From contig LT962688.1 of assembly GCA_900234795.1 (NCBI GenBank), positions 2,790,001 to 2,822,000 on the forward strand: a stretch of DNA of 32,000 nucleotides, read 5' to 3'. The translations under genes were made by a program, and so were the position numbers. Positions 26,223 to 32,000 of this stretch are shown in pieces; positions within the stretch are counted from its first letter, which is position 1; each line of letters opens with the position of its first letter. The stretch comes from Methylorubrum extorquens. GTDB lineage: Bacteria; Pseudomonadota; Alphaproteobacteria; Rhizobiales; Beijerinckiaceae. The notes under the pieces were generated by a model. The model worked only from the letters and a program-made list of their open reading frames with translations. It did not search any database and was not told the origin of the DNA.

Positions 26223-27689
26223 TCATGCGGCGCTCCCCGAGACGAGGTCGGTTTGCGCCCGCTCGACATGGGCGGCGGCGACGCGCTCGGCGGCGACCCG
26301 GCGCGCGGCCCGCTCGGCGGCGTCGCGCAGGCGTTTGGCGGCGGAGATCCGCGTGAGAACGGGATGGGTCTCGACCAGCGCGTCGAGCCGGGCGCGGGCC
26401 GCTTCGTCCCAGGGCAGTTCGCGATGCGTCCGGGCGGGCGTCGCCTCCACCGCATCCATGTCGCGCGCGAGCGGCAGGATGTGGAAGAGCATGTCGAACA
26501 GGGCGTTGCAGACTTCCTGAACGAGGTAGGTCGCGCCGGCATAGCCCATGAACGGCGTGCCGGTGTGCCGCCGGATGATCGCACCGGGGAACGACGCAGG
26601 CACGTAGATCGCCCGCCCGCCGGCCTCGGCGAGATACATGCGCTCGTTGAAGGAGCCGAACAGGACGAGGGGCGGGTTGGTCTTGATCGCCTCGCGAACC
26701 GCCGCGTTGTCGGGCTTCGTGCCCGCGCTGCGGCTGACGGCGAAGTGGCAGGGCAGGCCCATCTCCTCTTCGAGGAAGTGGCGCACGCCGCGGGCGTAGG
26801 TCTCGGTCGCGACGATGCCGAAGCTCGCGGTGCCGAAGAAGTCCTGCGTCACCGAGCGCCACAGGTCCCAGACCGGCTTGATCGTGGTGTGGCGCTCGCG
26901 CTCGATGAAGGGTTCGGGGTCGAGCCTCAGGATCTCGCCGAGCCTGCGCAGGAACTTGGTGGTCGAGAGCACCCCGATCGGCGCCTGGAGATAGGGGCGC
27001 TCCAGGCTCTCGCAGAGCAGGCGGCCGAACTCGCGATAGAGGCAGATATTGGCATCCGCGTTGACGAGCTTGGGCACGTCGGCGAGGTGCGAGCCGAGCG
27101 GGAAGGTGAGGTTCACCTCGGCGCCGATCCCTTCCACGAGGCGGCGGATCTCGGCGAGGTCCGAGGCCATGTTGAAGGTGCCGTAGGCCGGGCCGATGAT
27201 GTTGACCCGCGGCTTCTCTCCGGCCTTGCGCTCGGGCCGGGCCGGAATGCCCTTCTTGGCGAAGCGCCGGGCGCCGTATTCCTGCCAGAGCCAGCTCATC
27301 GCCCGGTCGGCGGATTCCCACTGGTCCTCGTCGATGGTGCGCGGGAGGAAGCGCTGGAGCCCGGTGCCCTCCGGGGTGACGCCGCCGCCGATCATCTCGG
27401 CGATCGAGCCCGTCACCACGACGCTGGGCTGGCCGGGATCGAGCGTGGCGTGCGCCCGCTTCATCGCGCCCTCGGTCCCGTGGCGGCCGAGTTCCTCTTC
27501 CGCCAAGCCGGTGACGACGATCGGCAGCTCGTGCGGCGGCAGGGCGTCGGTGTAGTGCAGCACCGAGGTGACCGGCAGGTTCTCGCAGCCCACGGGGCCA
27601 TCGATGACGACCTGCAGGCCCTTGATCGCCGTGAAGACGTAGACGGCGCCCCAGTAGCCGCCGGCGCGGTCGTGATCGATGACCAGCAT
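26223..27689 (-). CDS. bchZ: Chlorophyllide a reductase subunit Z
   Basis: 488 aa, nitrogenase NifK/BchB-like. The position and order match bchXYZ. The start overlaps the bchY stop by 1 nt. Confidence 0.92.
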   Translation of the reverse strand: MLVIDHDRAGGYWGAVYVFTAIKGLQVVIDGPVGCENLPVTSVLHYTDALPPHELPIVVTGLAEEELGRHGTEGAMKRAHATLDPGQPSVVVTGSIAEMIGGGVTPEGTGLQRFLPRTIDEDQWESADRAMSWLWQEYGARRFAKKGIPARPERKAGEKPRVNIIGPAYGTFNMASDLAEIRRLVEGIGAEVNLTFPLGSHLADVPKLVNADANICLYREFGRLLCESLERPYLQAPIGVLSTTKFLRRLGEILRLDPEPFIERERHTTIKPVWDLWRSVTQDFFGTASFGIVATETYARGVRHFLEEEMGLPCHFAVSRSAGTKPDNAAVREAIKTNPPLVLFGSFNERMYLAEAGGRAIYVPASFPGAIIRRHTGTPFMGYAGATYLVQEVCNALFDMLFHILPLARDMDAVEATPARTHRELPWDEAARARLDALVETHPVLTRISAAKRLRDAAERAARRVAAERVAAAHVERAQTDLVSGSAA

Positions 27690-29215
27690 CAGACCATCTC
27701 CCCGATCGGCTTCAGGGGAGTGGCCGCCTTCGGCGCCGTCTTGAGCACCGGCACCTCCTGCCAGATGCCGGCGGCGTGGCCGGTGCCGACACCCTCGAAG
27801 AAGGCGCGCATGGCGTCGAAGCGCGGCCGGTTGGCGAGGGCGGCGTTGACGACCTTCGCCAGAGAGCCGGCTCCGGCCGCGCCCATCAGCGGGCGCGCCG
27901 AGATCAGGTTGGTGAAGTACAGCGCCGGCGTGCCGGCCTCCTTCGCCTTCTGCACCACCGGCGTCGTGCCGATGGCGAGATCCGGCCGGAACGCTTCGAG
28001 TGCGGCGAGGTCGTCTTCCAGCGAGGCGCGGTAGCGGACGCTGACGCCGCGCTCTTCCAGCCAGACCCGGTCCGGCTCGGACCAGGGCGTGCGCGGGCAG
28101 GCGGTGCCGACATAGGGCACCTCGGCGCCGCTCTCGACGAGGAGGCGGGCGACTAGGAGTTCCGAGCCCTCGTAACCGGAGAGCGTGATGCGCCCGCGGA
28201 TCGGCGCCGCGGCCAGTGCCCCCCGGATCGCCGGCAGAAGCCGGTTCTGCGCGGCCGCGATTCTGTCCCGAGGGACGTCGCAGGCCGTGCCGATGGCCTC
28301 CAGCCAGCCGGCGGTGCCGTCATGGCCGACGGGGGCGGAGCCCACCACCGGCCGCCCGGCAGCCTCGAACTCGCGCACGCTCGCGGTGTAGAACGGATGG
28401 ATCGCTGCCACCGCCGCCGCATCGAGAGCGCCGTAAAGTTCGCGCCATTCGCGCGTCGGCACGACCGGGCCGGCGCTGAGGCCGAGCGGTTCGAGGAGCG
28501 CGCCGATCACCACGGGATCGGCCGGGAACATCTCTCCGAGCAGCGCGATGGACGGGCGCTCCGAGCGGCCCCCACGCGGCGCCTGGACCGGGCCGCTCTC
28601 GGCCTCGCTGCGGGCGAATTTGAGCATGGCGCCGGCCAGCACGTCCTTGGCCTCGGCATGGGTCGGAACGCCGAAGCCCGGCACGTCGATGCCGATCACG
28701 CGCACCCCGTCGATCTGCTTCGGCAGGAGCCGCAGCGGCACGCCCGACGCGGTTGGGACGCAGAGGTTGATGACGACGATCGCGTCGTAATCTTGCGGGT
28801 TGGCCGAGGCGTAGACCGCGTCGCGGATGTCCTCGAACAGCTTGCCGGTGACGAGCGTCTCGGAGTTGAACGGCACGTAGCCGACACTCCGGCGCGCGCC
28901 GTAAAAATGCGAGGTGAAGGTCAGCCCATAGACGCAGCAGGCCGAGCCCGACAGGATCGTCATCGTGCGCCGCATACGCAGGCCGACGCGCAGGGAGCCG
29001 AAGGCCGGGCACATGCTCTGCGGCTGATCGTGCGGACCGGCCGGGTAGTCCTTGCGGTACTGCTCCAGCGTTCCGGACAGGCCGGCCGCTTCGGCAGCCG
29101 CGCGCATCGCGTCCTTGCCGGCATGGCAGCCGAGCCCGTCGCCCTGCGTCGCGGCGAGATCGATGCCCTCGGGGCGGCGCGCGCGGAGCGCGGTGATGTC
29201 GAGGCTGACCGCCAT
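27689..29215 (-). CDS. bchY: Chlorophyllide a reductase subunit Y
   Basis: 508 aa, NifD/BchN-like with conserved Cys residues. It lies 3 nt downstream of bchX. Confidence 0.92.
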   Translation of the reverse strand: MAVSLDITALRARRPEGIDLAATQGDGLGCHAGKDAMRAAAEAAGLSGTLEQYRKDYPAGPHDQPQSMCPAFGSLRVGLRMRRTMTILSGSACCVYGLTFTSHFYGARRSVGYVPFNSETLVTGKLFEDIRDAVYASANPQDYDAIVVINLCVPTASGVPLRLLPKQIDGVRVIGIDVPGFGVPTHAEAKDVLAGAMLKFARSEAESGPVQAPRGGRSERPSIALLGEMFPADPVVIGALLEPLGLSAGPVVPTREWRELYGALDAAAVAAIHPFYTASVREFEAAGRPVVGSAPVGHDGTAGWLEAIGTACDVPRDRIAAAQNRLLPAIRGALAAAPIRGRITLSGYEGSELLVARLLVESGAEVPYVGTACPRTPWSEPDRVWLEERGVSVRYRASLEDDLAALEAFRPDLAIGTTPVVQKAKEAGTPALYFTNLISARPLMGAAGAGSLAKVVNAALANRPRFDAMRAFFEGVGTGHAAGIWQEVPVLKTAPKAATPLKPIGEMV

Positions 29216-29218
29216 GGC

Positions 29219-30223
29219 TCAGACCTCGTCGTAGACGACTTCGAGGGACGGCTTGGTGAGGCTGGTTCGCCCGCACATGTCCTCGATGGTGGCCGGCTCC
29301 AGCACCACGTTGCGTCCCGTGGCTTCGCTGGAGAACAGGCCGAGCAGCGCGTCCTGGCTCAGCGGCGTCGGCTGGTGCGGTGCGGCGTCCGCCACGTTCT
29401 GGGAGAGGTCGGCGAAAAGCGAGCCCCAGCGCCCGTCGGGCTTACCGATGATCTCGTAATTCGCGCTCTTGCGGCGGATGTCGTCATCGGCCGGGATCGA
29501 GGCCAGCACCGGAATGCCCGTCGCGTCCGCAAAGGCCTGCGCTTCGCCCGTGCCGTCGTCCTTGTTGATGACGAGACCGCCGACGCCGACATTGCCGCCC
29601 ATCTTGCGGAAGTATTCGACTGCCGAGCAGACGTTGTTGGCGACGTAGAGCGACTGTAGGTCGTTGGAGCCGACGACGATGACCTTCTGGCACATGTCCC
29701 GGGCGATCGGCAGACCGAAGCCGCCACAGACCACGTCGCCGAGGAAGTCGAGCAGGACGTAGTCGAAGCCCCATTCATGGAAGCCGAGTTTTTCCAGCAG
29801 CTCGAAGCCGTGGATGATCCCGCGCCCGCCGCAGCCGCGGCCGACCTCCGGGCCGCCGAGTTCCATCGCGTAGACGCCGTCGCGCTTGAAGCAGACGTCG
29901 CCGATGGCGACTGCCTCGCCTGCGAGCTTCTTCTTCGTCGAGGTTTCGATGATGGTCGGGCAGGCGCGCCCGCCGAACAGGAGCGAGGTCGTGTCGCTCT
30001 TCGGGTCGCAGCCGATCAGCAGAACCTTCTTGCCCTGCTGGGCCATCATGTAGCTGAGATTGGCCAGGGTGAACGACTTGCCGATGCCGCCCTTGCCGTA
30101 GATCGCGATAATCTGCGTCTCGCGCTTGATCTCGCCGGTCGCGACCGAATCGGGCTCGATGGCGGCCTCGGCCCGCAGCCTCGTCGCGGCGTCCAGCGCC
30201 GCCTTGCTGAGCTGTAGGTTCAT
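29219..30223 (-). CDS. bchX: Chlorophyllide a reductase iron-protein subunit X
   Basis: 334 aa from the ATG at 30223. NifH/BchL-like P-loop IAIYGKGGIGKSF and cluster Cys residues (GCGGRG..., VVCGGF). The ATGA overlap with the bchC stop supports this start over the track start at 30394. Confidence 0.93.
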   Translation of the reverse strand: MNLQLSKAALDAATRLRAEAAIEPDSVATGEIKRETQIIAIYGKGGIGKSFTLANLSYMMAQQGKKVLLIGCDPKSDTTSLLFGGRACPTIIETSTKKKLAGEAVAIGDVCFKRDGVYAMELGGPEVGRGCGGRGIIHGFELLEKLGFHEWGFDYVLLDFLGDVVCGGFGLPIARDMCQKVIVVGSNDLQSLYVANNVCSAVEYFRKMGGNVGVGGLVINKDDGTGEAQAFADATGIPVLASIPADDDIRRKSANYEIIGKPDGRWGSLFADLSQNVADAAPHQPTPLSQDALLGLFSSEATGRNVVLEPATIEDMCGRTSLTKPSLEVVYDEV

Positions 30224-31158
30224 GAGCAGGCCCTCCAATCGAGGATCATCTTCAGGCAGGCCGGATCGGCGAACGCTTTGCGGTAGGCCTCCCCCGCTTC
30301 CGTGGCGGGCACCCGGTGGGTGATGAGTCCGTCGAGCGACAGGCGTCCGGCTTCGATCAGGGCCCGGACCGCCGCGAGATCGCCCGGCCGCCACTCCGCC
30401 GAGACCCGGATGCGGGCCTCGCGCAGGAAGGCGGGTGGGAAGGCGAAGGCGAGCGGCGCTTCGTAGAAGCCGGCCAGCACGATCTCCCCGCCGGGCGCGA
30501 GGCGGCCGATCAGCGTGTCGAGCAGGCTCGAATCGCCGCTGACATCGGTGACGGTGGAATAGTCACGCGCCGGATCGTCGTCGGGGGCGAGCACGGAATA
30601 GCCGAAGTCACCCGCAGCCCGCAGCGTCTCGCGTTCCCACACCACGGGCTCGCCGCCGGCCAGCACCGTCAGCCGCGCGAGCAGCCGGCCGAGCACGCCG
30701 TGGCCGACGATCAGACTGCGCTTGCCGGGCACGATGCTGGACAGGGCGTGGTAGGCGGTCGCCGCCAGGGCGATGAGGCAGGCGCGGTCGCCGAGCGCGG
30801 CATCGACCGGGACGAGGCGGGAGGCCGGGGCGATCAGGTGCGAGGCCGCGCCGCCGAACAGACCGTTGACCGCGCCGAAGCAGCGGGCGCCGGGCACGAA
30901 CACGGTTTGCCCGACGCGCAGGCCGCTATTGGCATCGGTCTCGACCACCGTGCCGACCGACTCGTAACCGGGCACCAGCGGATACCCCATGCCGGGAAAA
31001 GGCGGCATCCGGCCGGACCAGAGCAGGCGCTCGGTCCCCGTGCTGATGCCGCTCCAGGAGACGGCAACGGTCGCATCGCCCTCGGTCGCGGGGGTGAGCG
31101 CGAGGCGGTTGAGCGCCAACTGCTCCGGTCGTTCAAGGACGACGGCCAACGCTTCCAT
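30220..31158 (-). CDS. bchC: Bacteriochlorophyllide a dehydrogenase (3-hydroxyethyl)
   Basis: 312 aa of the MDR/zinc-alcohol-dehydrogenase fold (GYPLVPGYESVG, VGHGVLG). A strong SD (GGGGAGGCAGGGAG) lies before the ATG at 31158. The track start at 31209 would abut the predicted -10 hexamer. Confidence 0.9.
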   Translation of the reverse strand: MEALAVVLERPEQLALNRLALTPATEGDATVAVSWSGISTGTERLLWSGRMPPFPGMGYPLVPGYESVGTVVETDANSGLRVGQTVFVPGARCFGAVNGLFGGAASHLIAPASRLVPVDAALGDRACLIALAATAYHALSSIVPGKRSLIVGHGVLGRLLARLTVLAGGEPVVWERETLRAAGDFGYSVLAPDDDPARDYSTVTDVSGDSSLLDTLIGRLAPGGEIVLAGFYEAPLAFAFPPAFLREARIRVSAEWRPGDLAAVRALIEAGRLSLDGLITHRVPATEAGEAYRKAFADPACLKMILDWRACS

Positions 31159-31211
31159 CTCCCTGCCTCCCCGTTGCTGGTTGCGACTCTGCGAAAGGCT
31201 GAACCGCATGA

Positions 31212-31255
31212 TGTCATCCTAGATGGACGTGAATTTGCGTCAAGTAAACTTTACA
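31212..31255 (-). promoter_or_regulatory. bchC promoter with two PpsR/CrtJ-type palindromes 8 bp apart
   Basis: The minus strand reads TGT-AAAGTTTACTTG-ACG CAAATTCA CGT-CCATCTAGGATG-ACA. TTGACG (-35, 31243-31238) and TAGGAT (-10, 31221-31216) are separated by 16 nt. Each hexamer lies inside one palindrome. Confidence 0.6.
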
Positions 31256-31258
31256 GTT

Positions 31259-32000
31259 CTAGCGCCGCTTTGCGGTGATCAATCGCGCCAGCAGCGGACG
31301 CCGCGTGGGGCGCTCGCGGATTTCATCGAAGCCGGCCTGGGTCAGCATGGCGGTTAACTCGTCCGCCGTGCGGGGCCGTCCGCTGCCCATGGCGAGGAGA
31401 TAAAAGCCGAAATACGCGTCCCCGACCGGCTCCGCGCCGGGCGTGCCGGCCATCGGTTCGGCGATCGCCAGAAGGCCGCCGGGCGGCAGCGCCGCGTGGG
31501 CCGCGCGCAGGAGCGCCAGGGCGACCGCATCGTCTTGATCGTGGACGACCCGCACCAGGGTGATCGCGTCGGCGCCCTCCGGCAGGGAGGCACCGAGAAA
31601 GCTCCGGCCGAGACAGGTGACGCGATCCCCGAGGCCCTCGGCGGCGAGTCGGGCGCCCACCCGTTCCGCGACTGGCGGGAGATCGAGCAGGCGCAGGGCT
31701 AGCCCCGGATGGCGGCGGGCGGCCTGCGCGAGGAACACGCCCTCCCCGGCCCCGACATCCATGAGACACGCACGATCGCCGAGCGGCAGGGCGTCGAGCA
31801 CGTCGTCGGCGATCAGCGCCTGCGAGGCCGCCATCAAGCCGCTATAGGCCGCGACCGAATCCGCGCCGAGCCGCGCCGCCTCGCCGGCTTCGGCATAGGG
31901 CCAGTAGCCCCCGAGCCGCGTCGGCCCCGCTTCCCCGCGCAACAGGGCGACGGGATCGGCCAGATCGGCGTAGAGCATCGCGTGATGCTCGATCATCGCC
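31259..32000 (-). CDS. crtF: Carotenoid O-methyltransferase (demethylspheroidene/hydroxyneurosporene type), C-terminal part; continues beyond the window
   Basis: Class I SAM-methyltransferase motif LMDVGAGEGVF and an O-MT family 2-like C-terminus. It lies immediately upstream of bchC, as in Rhodobacter-type clusters. Confidence 0.75.
   Translation of the reverse strand, partial: AMIEHHAMLYADLADPVALLRGEAGPTRLGGYWPYAEAGEAARLGADSVAAYSGLMAASQALIADDVLDALPLGDRACLMDVGAGEGVFLAQAARRHPGLALRLLDLPPVAERVGARLAAEGLGDRVTCLGRSFLGASLPEGADAITLVRVVHDQDDAVALALLRAAHAALPPGGLLAIAEPMAGTPGAEPVGDAYFGFYLLAMGSGRPRTADELTAMLTQAGFDEIRERPTRRPLLARLITAKRR

Noticed and set aside
25918-27321. 467-aa ORF overlapping bchZ in another frame
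   Set aside because: Only the last 77 codons, downstream of the bchZ stop, look coding (the pufQ-like gene). The upstream part is an out-of-frame shadow of bchZ.
31270-31283. TTGCG-GTG-ATCAA FNR/FnrL-like box near the crtF 3' end
   Set aside because: The half-site spacing is 3 instead of 4, and the left half-site is degenerate.

Overview
High-GC (about 68-70% by eye) alphaproteobacterial chromosome, probably Hyphomicrobiales and Methylobacterium-like; that assignment is a guess from composition, a REP-type palindrome and gene content. Left part, 1-18.6 kb: ordinary housekeeping genes. These are an ABC1/UbiB-family kinase, M3 oligoendopeptidase F, a sigma-54 response-regulator activator followed by an LdtD-type L,D-transpeptidase and a MepK/DUF882 endopeptidase, gapR, DUF1244, N-formylglutamate amidohydrolase, MOFRL glycerate kinase, DUF1036, a beta-barrel OMP, pyruvate kinase, an alpha/beta hydrolase, a TPR protein and a Cys-less rpmJ missing from the ORF track. 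A Doc/AbrB toxin-antitoxin pair is wedged in at 1.6-2.2 kb. Middle, 18.7-21.8 kb: a two-gene type I secretion module (ABC permease/ATPase plus HlyD adaptor) with no cargo or TolC gene in view. It is preceded by a 46% GC island and a sigma-54-like -24/-12 motif. Right part, 22.1-32 kb, all minus strand: one end of a photosynthesis gene cluster, crtF-bchCXYZ-pufQBALMC. It has translationally coupled overlaps, a sigma-70-like bchC promoter carrying two PpsR/CrtJ-type palindromes 8 bp apart, a hidden pufQ-like ORF, strong intercistronic stem-loops and an unusual 121-nt pufL-pufM spacer. No CRISPR, tRNA, rRNA or transposase was seen. Many long ORFs in the track are GC-driven mirror-frame artefacts. 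I see no compelling wholly new multi-gene system. The best leads are the activator-LdtD-MepK module, the possibly sigma-54-driven orphan T1SS with its AT-rich island, and the puf regulatory RNA structures. All product calls come from motif recognition by eye; no searches were run.
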